Below are positions 10,075 to 20,076 of a stretch of 64,000 nt of DNA, piece after piece. Source of the stretch: a virus. Position 1 is the first letter of the stretch. Each line of letters opens with the position of its first letter. The stretch lies in the IMG/VR virus record IMGVR_UViG_3300017744_000003, positions 1 through 64,000 of that record; one strand, given 5' to 3'. The notes under the pieces are model-generated. The model ran no database searches. It was not told the origin of the DNA and saw nothing but the letters and a program-made list of their open reading frames with translations. The position numbers and the translations under genes were made by a program.

Positions 10075-11901
10075 ATGGGTTATAACCGCCCAGATGTTTA
10101 CATTGAAGAGATTCTAACTCCCGATACTGCTCCTAGCGGTGTCTCAACAAGTATTGCGGCTTTTGTTGGTGCTGCGCAACGTGGACCAGCTAATACTCCT
10201 ATTTTTATAGATAGTTTTAGTTCGTTTATCCGTATCTTTGGTGCGGCGGTCACTAATGAATCTATGTACTACAGTGTTCGTTCGTTCTTTGAGAACGGCG
10301 GAGCTGCTTGTTACATTGTTCGTGTAGTTGATATTAGCGCTACAGAAGGTGGTGCTCCCGCTGTGATTGCTGCTAACGAGACTATCCCTTCTGCGGCGGG
10401 CGGTGATACACTCAAGTTCTCAGCGGGATATCGAGGTAAGTTTAGTTTCGGTCCCAAGGGGAAAGATCTTAACGTCAAGATTTCTGCCAACGAAAGTTTC
10501 ACCCTAAGCGGTTTAAGCGTTGGTGCGGCAATAGGTGACACTTCCTTAAAACTGACTTCCTCAAATGGTCTTATTGCAGGCGATATTATTAAGGTAGTTG
10601 TTACTGAAGGTGATTTTTACTTAAAGGTAGTAGGTACCAGGACTGTAGTAGAAGCGGGTACTATTGTACGTTATGTAGATCTTGCTTCTCCTATTGAGTC
10701 TGCTTTTACTTCATTAGCCTCGGCGATAACTCTTCTCGCATACGATATTGATGTGATTGAAGACGGAGAGACTCTTGAGTCTTTCTCCCGTTTAACAATG
10801 AACCCCGACTCTGACCAGTACTTTGAGACTGTTATTAACGATGAACAAGTTGGTTCTAGGTTCGTTAAAGTAGAAGACCTCGGACTTGGTCAACTCTTGT
10901 CTAACTCAAAAGAACTAGTAGCCTCGGTTACTTATAGTCTTTCAGATAATGGCGAAGATGAGTTGGCAGGTGTTACGATTGCCGATGATATTCTTGCGGG
11001 TGCTTTACCCTCTCTTGAGGCAAAAAGATCAGTAAACCTTCTATGTGTACCACCTTCACTAAGTGACTCGGGTATCGTTGCGGTTGCTGATATGCCAGTT
11101 CTCCATGCAGGTATGCTTGAGTTCTGTGGTAACCGAATGGACATGTTCGCTATTCTTGACGCTCCAAGAGCACTCACTGCTGACGCTAGCGCATCGGGTA
11201 GTGTTGGTGAGTACCGAAAGAATACTTTGGGCGTGGACACTTATTGGGGAGCACTTTACTTCCCACAGATTCGTGTTCCTTTGAAGTCCGGTAGTACTCA
11301 GTTACTTGATATTCCTCCAAGTGGCGCAGTTGCTGGTCTGTATTCAAGAGTAGATTCTATTCCTGCACCTAGAGGCGGTATTTCTACGGCTCCCGCAGGT
11401 CACGGTGACTTTGGTTCACTTCGTGGCGTGAGCGGTACTTCTCTTGAAGTGAGTGATGCAAAGCATGGTGATCTTAACGTGATTGGTGTTAACTGTATCC
11501 GTGTTGTTGATCGTGCTGAAGGTGCTTTACCAAGCGCACTTGTCTTGGGGTCAAGAACACTTAGCAGTACCCTTGACTTCCGCTACATCAATGTACGTCG
11601 AATGATGACTTTTATCGAGAAGAACGTAAAGTCTATTGGAGAGCAACGACTCTTCCGTAACAATGGCCCACAACTATGGTCAGAGCTTACAGATGAGATT
11701 ACTTCTTTCCTTACGCTCAGGTTTAACTTAGGTGAACTTGCAGGTAATAATCTAAATGAAGCGTTCTTCGTCAAGATTAATTCTGAGACAAACACGGCTG
11801 AAAATATCCGCCAGGGTATCTTGGTGGGTGAGATAGGTATTGCCTTACTTCGCCCTGCGGAATTTGTTATCTTCCGCTTCAGCCAGATTCAATCTAACTA
11901 A
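10075..11901 (+). CDS. contractile tail sheath protein
   Basis: RPDVYIEE, AFVGAAQRGP, FFENGG-CYIVRV, PPSGAVAGLY, YINVRR, RPAEFVIFRF. Confidence 0.95.
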   Translation: MGYNRPDVYIEEILTPDTAPSGVSTSIAAFVGAAQRGPANTPIFIDSFSSFIRIFGAAVTNESMYYSVRSFFENGGAACYIVRVVDISATEGGAPAVIAANETIPSAAGGDTLKFSAGYRGKFSFGPKGKDLNVKISANESFTLSGLSVGAAIGDTSLKLTSSNGLIAGDIIKVVVTEGDFYLKVVGTRTVVEAGTIVRYVDLASPIESAFTSLASAITLLAYDIDVIEDGETLESFSRLTMNPDSDQYFETVINDEQVGSRFVKVEDLGLGQLLSNSKELVASVTYSLSDNGEDELAGVTIADDILAGALPSLEAKRSVNLLCVPPSLSDSGIVAVADMPVLHAGMLEFCGNRMDMFAILDAPRALTADASASGSVGEYRKNTLGVDTYWGALYFPQIRVPLKSGSTQLLDIPPSGAVAGLYSRVDSIPAPRGGISTAPAGHGDFGSLRGVSGTSLEVSDAKHGDLNVIGVNCIRVVDRAEGALPSALVLGSRTLSSTLDFRYINVRRMMTFIEKNVKSIGEQRLFRNNGPQLWSELTDEITSFLTLRFNLGELAGNNLNEAFFVKINSETNTAENIRQGILVGEIGIALLRPAEFVIFRFSQIQSN

Positions 11902-11913
11902 GGAGTTTAGACA

Positions 11914-12432
11914 ATGGCGATTTTATCAAAAGACGTATATAGAGGCTTTAAGTTCTCAGTAACACTAAGTGGTGGTCCGTTCTCTCTTACGAGAGCCGCC
12001 TTCCAAAAGGTGACTGGTATGAAGTCTGCTGTAGAAGTAGTAGAATATCGTGAAGGTAATATGCCTGACCGTATGGAGAAGATAGCAGGTATGATGACCT
12101 ATGATACCATCACTCTTGAGCGAGGTATCTCTTATGACGATGACTTTAACGCCTGGATGAAACTAGTGTGTGATGGGACTCAAGCAAATGGGGAGATTCC
12201 TGCTTCTAGTCCTACACCGGACGTTGGCGCAAATAGTTATCGTTGTGACGTAGTAGTTCAACTACATGACAAACAAGGTCGTGCTGTAAAGAAGTATACT
12301 CTTCTCGACGCTTGGCCTAGCGAATACACTATTGGTGACTTTGACGCTACATCTAACGATGTCGTTATCTCATCTCTAGTGCTTCAGCACCACGGTATTA
12401 AAGAGGAAGACCTCTTAGAGCAAGACGCATAA
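11914..12432 (+). CDS. tail tube protein (T4 gp19-like)
   Basis: VVEYREGN, ITLERG, AWPSEY, FDATSNDV; follows sheath. Confidence 0.93.
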   Translation: MAILSKDVYRGFKFSVTLSGGPFSLTRAAFQKVTGMKSAVEVVEYREGNMPDRMEKIAGMMTYDTITLERGISYDDDFNAWMKLVCDGTQANGEIPASSPTPDVGANSYRCDVVVQLHDKQGRAVKKYTLLDAWPSEYTIGDFDATSNDVVISSLVLQHHGIKEEDLLEQDA

Positions 12433-12484
12433 GACATACATACTATAAAATAGTTTTCAACAACTTATAAAACAAAGGTTAGTC

Positions 12485-13312
12485 ATGATTACTGACAACA
12501 ATAAAGTTATTCTCCCTATCGGTGTCGAAGTTGATGGGGTACGTTATCGAGAAGTTACTTTGGACGAGATGACAGGTATCGACGAAGAAAACTTGTCTTC
12601 TCGCAAAGTGCGTAACAATGGGGCAAAGGCAATCACGCTTCTCCTAAGACGGTGTATACAGTCTATTACAGGTGTTATAGAAACAAAGCGTGACCCTTTG
12701 TCCCTAATAGATGATCGTATTGTTCGCAATATGTTTGTAGCAGACCGAGACTTCTTGGTCTTATGTATTAGAGCACTTAGTGGGAACCCAGAGGTGTTAT
12801 TAACACCTGAATGTCCTGCATGTGGTTCTAGTTGTGAAAGAATGATAGATGTTCGTGAGCTTGATGTTTATGAATGGGAAGATGACGTTCCTGTTGAGTT
12901 AAAGATTGAGTTACCCCGTGGCTTCTATAGCAAGACCACAAGTAAATATCACAAGGATGTAGTTTGGCAGTTTCCTAAAGGCTTGGGACAAGAGCGTATT
13001 GCGTCTATGCCTCAAAATGAGGCGGGGACAAATCTTATCGCTTTAGGTCTTAAAGAAGTAGAAGGTCTTGAGACTTTACCTATGCCGGATGACGTTCGTA
13101 AGTTAAGCGTCCGAGATCGAAATGCTTTTGCTCAAGCTATCTTAGAGAACGCAGTTGGCGTAGATAATAAGGTAGACATTGACTGTCCTAATTGTGGCAA
13201 CGAATTTGAGGTAGAGGTCAACACCGTGGGTTTTTCCAATTTGGGTCAACAACAGACCCAAAAGGAATCAAAGCCTGGGATGAGTGGGCGCAAACTTCGG
13301 AAAAGGCGTTAA
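12485..13312 (+). CDS. tail assembly chaperone (G form) with two CPxC motifs
   Basis: Between tube and tape measure; EMTGIDEE, DRDFLVLCIR, CPACG and CPNCG. Confidence 0.75.
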   Translation: MITDNNKVILPIGVEVDGVRYREVTLDEMTGIDEENLSSRKVRNNGAKAITLLLRRCIQSITGVIETKRDPLSLIDDRIVRNMFVADRDFLVLCIRALSGNPEVLLTPECPACGSSCERMIDVRELDVYEWEDDVPVELKIELPRGFYSKTTSKYHKDVVWQFPKGLGQERIASMPQNEAGTNLIALGLKEVEGLETLPMPDDVRKLSVRDRNAFAQAILENAVGVDNKVDIDCPNCGNEFEVEVNTVGFSNLGQQQTQKESKPGMSGRKLRKRR

Positions 13313-13455
13313 TAAGAACAGTAGTTGCAGTAGCAGAGCGATGGCGTTGGAACAGATATGATATACTTAGCTTACCTTCTCGACAGAGGGCAATATACTT
13401 AGAGTTATACGAAGAAATTACAGACAAAGAGCGTGAGGCTTCTCGTAGGAGGTAG
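13228..13455 (+). CDS. -1 frameshift extension of the tail chaperone (GT form, DUF6760-like C-terminus)
   Basis: Slippery G GGT TTT at 13228-13234; -1 frame is open to TAG ending at 13455 and has no start codon; encodes AERWRWNRYDILSLPSRQRAIYLELYEE. Confidence 0.8.
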   Translation, partial: GFFQFGSTTDPKGIKAWDEWAQTSEKALIRTVVAVAERWRWNRYDILSLPSRQRAIYLELYEEITDKEREASRRR

Positions 13456-13457
13456 GT

Positions 13458-16400
13458 ATGGCTGATACACAATTAAGTCAGGTGATCAAGCTCCAGATCA
13501 CGGGTACTCAGCAGATTGTTAGTTCTATCCAAGGGGTAGAGAAGTCTTTTGATAAGTACGCTAAAGCGCTCCGACGAACAACAAAGAGTCAAAAGAAAAA
13601 TAAAAACTCGATGCGTAAGTTAAGTGACCAGGGTATCGCTAATATGCAAGCGGGTCTTGTTCAGTTATCTACATATCTCTTGAATATGAATGTTAAGATT
13701 AACAACGTGTTTGAGAATATGACGAAGCGATTCACTGACGCTGAAGACGCAATGACTCAACTTAGAATTACGATGGGTTTAACTAACCTTGAGGCTAGAA
13801 CTGCTACAGAAAAAGAAGGACTTGAAGGTTTAGCAACAAGTTACGATAAGTTTGAAGGCGTAATAGATAGAGTAGCTGCTACTACTGAGTATAGTAAGAA
13901 GCAAGTAGCTAACGCTTTTACTTCTCTTATCCAAAGTGGTCGTTCTGCTGAAGAAGCAATGAGTATGCTCAGACCTGTATTGCAGTTGACTACTGCATCT
14001 GCGGGGCAACTTGGTTTAGCAGAAGCTGTTGATATTGCGACTTTAACAATAGGTACTTTAGGTGGCAAAGTAGAAGATGTTAGAGGCAACTTAAATATGC
14101 TTCTGAGGACTACTCAAAAGACAAAGATTGGTTTTAAAGACCTTCAACATACACTAGGATCACTCAGAGCAGGATTTAGTAAGTTTGCTAAACCTGCTAA
14201 AGAAAGTGGGGAGACGAGAGAGTCACAGTTAATGGCTTTAGCCTCTATTGTTCGTGAAACGGGTTTAGGTCACGCTGAAGCGGGGCAAAAGGTAGACCAA
14301 TTCTCTAAGTCTTTGTCCGGTCTTGGTTCTGCTTTAATGAAGAATGAACTAAGAACATTTTTGGGCAAAGATGGTAAGGGTAGGTTCTCTCAAAAGAGGT
14401 CCGCTTTACTATTAATGTTTGGTATCGACCCTAACGCAGACCTTAGAAAACCCATGCAAGCTCTCTTCAGAAGGAACTCTATCACCAAAGACGAAGCCTT
14501 AGACTTAATGTTACAGTCAAAGTTAGGTAAGGTGAACGACGGTAAAGTTCAGAGGCTTGACTTAGGTCAAACCTTAGATACTCTTACTGGGGAATATGCT
14601 AAGTTAGTAGCCGGTAAAGGTAAAAAGAAGGCTGATGATTTTATCAAGGCTGCAATGGGTCAAGACGCGGCTGTATTCGTATTAAATGCAATTGCACAGA
14701 AGTCTACAAAAGTATTGAAAAATGTAAACGAGCAAGGAGCAAAAGTTTTCTATACAGCGGCTGAAGCGGGGCAAGCCTTTAGATCCGTAAGTAAAGAGTT
14801 AGCAAAAGACCTTAGGGATTTAGAGAACGCAGAAGCGGAAGCTCAGAAGACTCTTTCTTACAAGATGAAAGTTCTTACGGGAGCGCAAGACGCTTTATCT
14901 AATTCAATCTTTAAGCATGACGCTTATGCCCAGGCGGGTGTTGAGACCTATAAAGAGATGATAGTAGCTTCAACTACTTTAATGAATAACAACGAAGGGT
15001 TAGCAACAAGTCTTGGTTTTATGGGTCGAATGATGCAGTTACTGACTGGGTTTGGTACTAATATGGGCTTTATGCTTGTCGCTTCTGCGACGTTTAGTAT
15101 GGGTCTTAAACACGCTCAAGACTTAACAGGTAGGTCAACGAGGAGTCTTGGTGGAACAATGAGAGCGTTCCATACAGCGTTCTTAAGTCCTACTTTATTG
15201 GTTGTAAGACAACTTGCCGGCGGTTTCTTCTTATTAGGTTTATTAGTTGTTTCTACAATGCGTTACATCTCTGGAGCGCAAGTAGGTATAGGTAAGGGTT
15301 TCTCTGACGTTCTAAATACGGTGACACAGTCAGCAAAGGCTTTAGGTGGGTTTATTAATTTGGCCTTCCATAAAGACTATCAAAATAAGTCTGTAAGAAA
15401 ATTGCGTGAGGACTTTGTTAGTCTCACAGAAAAGTCACAAGGTCTTAGGGTTGCATTGGAGAATGCCACACCAGGTACTGATAAATATAAAGAATTAGAA
15501 ACAAACCTTAAAACTGTTAATAGTCAACTAGGGCCGCTACAAAAGGCACTAGGTGATTCGGGAGAAAAAGGTTTACGAGCCCTTGGGGATTCTTCGATTG
15601 CTAAGTCACTTGCTGGACTTGTAGATGTATTAAGATCACTAGGTAACGCTTTGTACATTGTGTTTGAATCAGCTATTAAGCCGGTTATGGGTGGAATTAA
15701 GACTATATTTTTTGTTCTAGGCCAGGCTTTCAAAGGTATATTCTTTGTCTTCAAGAAGTTATCCGACTTCTTAGGTTATACAACAACAGAGACTGGGTTT
15801 TTAACCGAGTCTTTGAAGGTTTTAGGCTACTTTATTGGTACTGTGTTTACAGGCTTTATGATGTTCAAGTCACTTAAAATACTAGTTGGAGTATTAGGTG
15901 GCTTAAAGAATATGTTTGTAAGTGCAGGAACAGGGATTGGTAAGTGGAATAACAATGTTAAGCGCTCAACAAGTTATCTAAATACTCATAAAACTGCACT
16001 ACACCAAAAGGCGACTGCCTTAGATAAACTGAATCTTAAGTATACAGCAGCTACGGGGCAAACTAAAAAATTAGGTGATCAAGTTGCTATATTAAATGAG
16101 AGAACAACCGCCTCAAAAGGTAAACTTGCGACTATGGCAGGTAGCTTAGGTAAGGCGGCTGGTAAAGCGGCCGCCTTCGGAGGTAGTTTAGCCTCTATTG
16201 GTATGCTTGTTTCTATGGCAGGCCCTGGTTATGAGTCTATGGGTAACGGTATCATGCAAGTAGGTATGGCCTTAAGCCTACTCATCGGATTATGGCCTGC
16301 TATCTCAGGATTTTTTGTTTTATTGAAGAGTTTTTCTATTACAACAGGTTTAACAATGCTTGCGGCTTTTTGGCCTGTTTATCTTGCGCTTGCGGCAATT

Positions 16401-16805
16401 GCAGGAATTGGTGCAGCACTCTATTATGCGTTTAGTGATGATGAAGAAACACAGAAAACTAAGGGCGGATCGGGTGCTACTGCGGGTATGGCTAACGCAG
16501 TAGCGCCTATGGCTAGTGCGACAGTCAGTAATACTAGTATACCTACACAGGCTATGGCTAGCTTTACGGCACCTGGTAGCACTCCCCTTAGCCCTAGTAC
16601 AACTCCTATGGTAAATACAACCGCCCAAGGTTTCTCAGGGGCTAATGAGTTTGTTGGACCTCCTAATACCAGACAACAAACCATTAATATTAACCAAAAG
16701 ATTAATATAGAAGAATCTGATAATCCTAGAGAAGTCGCAAAACTCGTTCTAAAGAAAACAAAAGACGCAGTACAGAGTGCAGATTCATTCGCATTCGATT
16801 ATTAA
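13458..16805 (+). CDS. tape measure protein
   Basis: 1115 aa, helical and Ala/Leu-rich; TP901-type core (TTEYSKKQVANAF...), several hydrophobic segments; AGGAGG RBS. Confidence 0.9.
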   Translation: MADTQLSQVIKLQITGTQQIVSSIQGVEKSFDKYAKALRRTTKSQKKNKNSMRKLSDQGIANMQAGLVQLSTYLLNMNVKINNVFENMTKRFTDAEDAMTQLRITMGLTNLEARTATEKEGLEGLATSYDKFEGVIDRVAATTEYSKKQVANAFTSLIQSGRSAEEAMSMLRPVLQLTTASAGQLGLAEAVDIATLTIGTLGGKVEDVRGNLNMLLRTTQKTKIGFKDLQHTLGSLRAGFSKFAKPAKESGETRESQLMALASIVRETGLGHAEAGQKVDQFSKSLSGLGSALMKNELRTFLGKDGKGRFSQKRSALLLMFGIDPNADLRKPMQALFRRNSITKDEALDLMLQSKLGKVNDGKVQRLDLGQTLDTLTGEYAKLVAGKGKKKADDFIKAAMGQDAAVFVLNAIAQKSTKVLKNVNEQGAKVFYTAAEAGQAFRSVSKELAKDLRDLENAEAEAQKTLSYKMKVLTGAQDALSNSIFKHDAYAQAGVETYKEMIVASTTLMNNNEGLATSLGFMGRMMQLLTGFGTNMGFMLVASATFSMGLKHAQDLTGRSTRSLGGTMRAFHTAFLSPTLLVVRQLAGGFFLLGLLVVSTMRYISGAQVGIGKGFSDVLNTVTQSAKALGGFINLAFHKDYQNKSVRKLREDFVSLTEKSQGLRVALENATPGTDKYKELETNLKTVNSQLGPLQKALGDSGEKGLRALGDSSIAKSLAGLVDVLRSLGNALYIVFESAIKPVMGGIKTIFFVLGQAFKGIFFVFKKLSDFLGYTTTETGFLTESLKVLGYFIGTVFTGFMMFKSLKILVGVLGGLKNMFVSAGTGIGKWNNNVKRSTSYLNTHKTALHQKATALDKLNLKYTAATGQTKKLGDQVAILNERTTASKGKLATMAGSLGKAAGKAAAFGGSLASIGMLVSMAGPGYESMGNGIMQVGMALSLLIGLWPAISGFFVLLKSFSITTGLTMLAAFWPVYLALAAIAGIGAALYYAFSDDEETQKTKGGSGATAGMANAVAPMASATVSNTSIPTQAMASFTAPGSTPLSPSTTPMVNTTAQGFSGANEFVGPPNTRQQTININQKINIEESDNPREVAKLVLKKTKDAVQSADSFAFDY

Positions 16806-16816
16806 GGAGAGAAGAA

Positions 16817-17353
16817 ATGATTGCAAAGTCAATAAAAGGCCGTAATACAAAGGGATTTATTCAGTCTATTCTTGCGGTGGGTGTATCTACTCCTATATCT
16901 TTAAACTTCCAGTTTAATCCTACAAAGATACAAGAGACGAGAGCAGTGAAATACAACTTCTCAGAGGCTCAAGGTCAAGTATTACCGCTTGCACAGTTTG
17001 GGATGATAGAACCCACCACCTTAAGTTTTAATCTGTTCTTTCATGCTGACCGTCGTATTAACGATATAGGTCTATCTGAAGAGCTGACCAAACTAAGAAG
17101 TATTATGCTTCCCAGAAAATTATCTAGGCTTACTTACTACGAGCAAGCTCAACCACATAAGTACAAACTATACTTAGGTGGTTATGGGGTTTTTACCGGT
17201 GTAGTGAACTCGTTAGATATATCTACGGTTGAATACCACAAGACTACTTTAGTGCCTATCAATATGACGGCTGCTATGGAGTTTACCATTGTAAGTTCTA
17301 GTTTTGCAGAAGACACTTCTTTCCTAACAGATATGACAGGTGGTAGGGGATGA
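16817..17353 (+). CDS. tube initiator/baseplate protein (CIS tube-like)
   Basis: FQFNPTKI, TLSFNLFF; follows tape measure. Confidence 0.7.
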   Translation: MIAKSIKGRNTKGFIQSILAVGVSTPISLNFQFNPTKIQETRAVKYNFSEAQGQVLPLAQFGMIEPTTLSFNLFFHADRRINDIGLSEELTKLRSIMLPRKLSRLTYYEQAQPHKYKLYLGGYGVFTGVVNSLDISTVEYHKTTLVPINMTAAMEFTIVSSSFAEDTSFLTDMTGGRG

Positions 17354-17679
17354 GTTTAACTACAAGAAAAAGTCGATATAAAGAATACGGATTTGTTGTT
17401 TACTACGAGTACGAAGAACACTTTAGAAGCGCAACTTCTCTACCAAAGAAAGAAGTACTCACAACTTTGTTAAGACCTACTTCTTACGAATCTGAACTAG
17501 TTTTAATCAACCATAAAGTCAAACAGGGCGAGACACTACATAAGTTGGCGCTTCATTATTACGGAGACGCTCGATTTTGGTGGTTTATAGCTGACTATAA
17601 TCCTTTATTAACCGCAAACACTATCAAAGAGGGTGACATTGTCATTATCCCTCCTAACACAGAAGTGAACGCTTACTAG
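17350..17679 (+). CDS. LysM-domain baseplate protein (gp53/gpX-like)
   Basis: HKVKQGETLHKLALHYYGDARFWWFIADYN...IIPP. Confidence 0.85.
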   Translation: MSLTTRKSRYKEYGFVVYYEYEEHFRSATSLPKKEVLTTLLRPTSYESELVLINHKVKQGETLHKLALHYYGDARFWWFIADYNPLLTANTIKEGDIVIIPPNTEVNAY

Positions 17680-17688
17680 GAGGTTATT

Positions 17689-20076
17689 ATGGCAGGGCCT
17701 AATCTAAGGAAACCGGCTGAAAAGCGTCAAGAGGGGGTAGACAGAGATGCTCTGTCAAAAGATAACGTTGCGATCGTCCAAGAACCTAGAGAGTTACTAA
17801 GTAACAGTACAGCAAATCCTAAATATACTCCTCGTAAAGTGAGTGCTCAAGTCCAAGAACTTGGAGATAACTCGGTTGACTTACCCTTTCACTCACTTAT
17901 AGGTCACACAGAACTGACTCCCTACTTTTGGATAAGACCAAAGAAAAGACCTATCTCACCCGAGCTTGACTTTGTTAACCCTCTAAGAAAGAACATTAAG
18001 TCGATAAACTTGACAAATACCTACGGTAAGTTCCCTACGGTAGAATTTGAAATGTATATACCGGAGTTTCGACAAATAAGTACTACAATGGTGGTGGGTG
18101 ACACTATAAGAAAGCGTGACCCTGGAAAGATTATAGATTACTTCAAGTTGGGTGAATCTTTTAGTGTAAAGTGGGGTTATGTAAGTAACCATACTGAATG
18201 GTCTAGTTTTAGGGTGATTGATCGACAGGTTAAATTTGAAAACGGCACTGCTCTCTTGACGGTCAAAGGTCGAATAGGATCTCGTTTAAGTGCTACGATT
18301 ACTTCAGACGTATTCTCTGCTTCTTATGGAAAGACCACTTTTGATCAGATAGCAGGTCTTGTTGACATGAAAGTTAACTATAGAGGACTGCTTGACGAAG
18401 AGTATGAACAACTTCTTAAGCAAGAGAATACTGTTTTGTTTTCAGGAGCAAATACACTAGCAATTGGCGCATACTTAGAAGCTACAAAGGCAGACGTTGA
18501 GTTATATTTAGATCCCATAGACAATGAAATGAGGCTTACAACACCCTTTAAATATGAGATGATTAAGAGAGGTACTAAGCCTTACAAGATGACCTATGGT
18601 TACCCTACGTCTAATATTGCTTCAATAGATGTAGAGACCAAATACCCTAAGAAAAAGGGGACGGGGATACGGAAATCTAAACCTTTAAGTCAGAAGCCTA
18701 GTGGAACTGCTATTATAAACCGTAAGGCGGGTACTGCCCAATATGTTCAAGCAGGTGTTATTAAATACACGCTTAATGGCGAAGAGAAGCGGTTTGAAGT
18801 GGGTAACCTTACAGACTATAATAAAAAATCTTTAAACGATAATGGAGACTTTGACTCACTAGTGGGGCTAAAGTCTTTAGAAAATGGACGGTTCCCCCCT
18901 AGTGATGGTTATAAAGTTTATTTTGTAGAACAATCTACCAACAGAGACTACGGAGACTATCTGATTGTAAGAAACATAAGTCTTCCCACAGAGTTAACTT
19001 TAGAGCGACGAAGTGTAACTAATACAGAATATCTATTCTTACTTTCACAAAGTGAACAAAATAAACTATTTGTTTCGACAAATAACGTAATAAATGATGA
19101 CGGTCTTCTTGAGGTTACTGTTTATAAACGTAATGTAGACTCTAGTGTAAATATTCAAGAAGACGTAAAACCAGAAACAGATGAAATGGTCTTTGAAACT
19201 ACCATCATTGAAGCGACACCTAAAGGGGGCGATACAGAAGAAGGTGATGAGTTAGAGGACAAGTGGGTGAGTGTGGCGGGTAAACAAACGTACATTGACG
19301 CTCAACACTACGCATCTAATAAGAATAATACAGGTTTACTTACTAGTAGTAAAGTTACCGCCTTTGAAGAACAAGTAGCCGAACTTAAAAAAGAAGCCCA
19401 AGCTAAGGGAGAGGACTTTCGAGTAAGTAAAAAATCGCTAGGCAGTACACTCCTCTATCAACTAGAGGAGAAGACTCAAGTTAAAGTGCGGACTGATCCT
19501 AGTAATGCAAAAGAAGATGATGACGGGGGCAAGGGTTCTTCGGAAAGTGCAAGTCCTGACGCTAGTACACCTGCACCTCCTTTTAAGCCAATAGCTCAAC
19601 AAAGTGGTGCTCCTCGTAGAGCCCGTAGGCTTAAAACAACTAAGGTTCGTATTCGATTAAAAGCCGGAGACTGGACTATGCGTGTTGGTCGGATTATTGA
19701 GATAGTGGATATTCACAAGAGTCTTAATGGTTTCTACTATGTGTTTTCAGAAGAGCACAATATAGGTACGGATGGTTTTCATACTGAAATAGAATGTCGT
19801 AAAGCATCTAAAAAGGCTGTAAACAGTTACGGTAAAACGATTAGGCGAAAAGATTCTAAGAAGAAAGAAAAGGGAGGGACTCGTAGCGCAAAGTCAGGAG
19901 AGAGTGTAGACGTAAAGAATGCTACTGATAAAACGATAGTTATCGATGTTGATCTACGTGAAAAGAATAGGTTAGATGCCCAAAATAAGGCTAAAGAAAA
20001 GCAAAAAAAATTAGAAATACAAAAAGCTAATAACAATACTATTGAACGCTTTTCAAACATACCGGAGGCAACATGA
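17689..20076 (+). CDS. baseplate hub protein (gpD/gp27-like) with large insertion
   Basis: VKWGY near the N-terminus, LNGFYYVFSEEHNIGTDGFHTEIEC near the C-terminus; between LysM and spike genes. Confidence 0.7.
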   Translation: MAGPNLRKPAEKRQEGVDRDALSKDNVAIVQEPRELLSNSTANPKYTPRKVSAQVQELGDNSVDLPFHSLIGHTELTPYFWIRPKKRPISPELDFVNPLRKNIKSINLTNTYGKFPTVEFEMYIPEFRQISTTMVVGDTIRKRDPGKIIDYFKLGESFSVKWGYVSNHTEWSSFRVIDRQVKFENGTALLTVKGRIGSRLSATITSDVFSASYGKTTFDQIAGLVDMKVNYRGLLDEEYEQLLKQENTVLFSGANTLAIGAYLEATKADVELYLDPIDNEMRLTTPFKYEMIKRGTKPYKMTYGYPTSNIASIDVETKYPKKKGTGIRKSKPLSQKPSGTAIINRKAGTAQYVQAGVIKYTLNGEEKRFEVGNLTDYNKKSLNDNGDFDSLVGLKSLENGRFPPSDGYKVYFVEQSTNRDYGDYLIVRNISLPTELTLERRSVTNTEYLFLLSQSEQNKLFVSTNNVINDDGLLEVTVYKRNVDSSVNIQEDVKPETDEMVFETTIIEATPKGGDTEEGDELEDKWVSVAGKQTYIDAQHYASNKNNTGLLTSSKVTAFEEQVAELKKEAQAKGEDFRVSKKSLGSTLLYQLEEKTQVKVRTDPSNAKEDDDGGKGSSESASPDASTPAPPFKPIAQQSGAPRRARRLKTTKVRIRLKAGDWTMRVGRIIEIVDIHKSLNGFYYVFSEEHNIGTDGFHTEIECRKASKKAVNSYGKTIRRKDSKKKEKGGTRSAKSGESVDVKNATDKTIVIDVDLREKNRLDAQNKAKEKQKKLEIQKANNNTIERFSNIPEAT

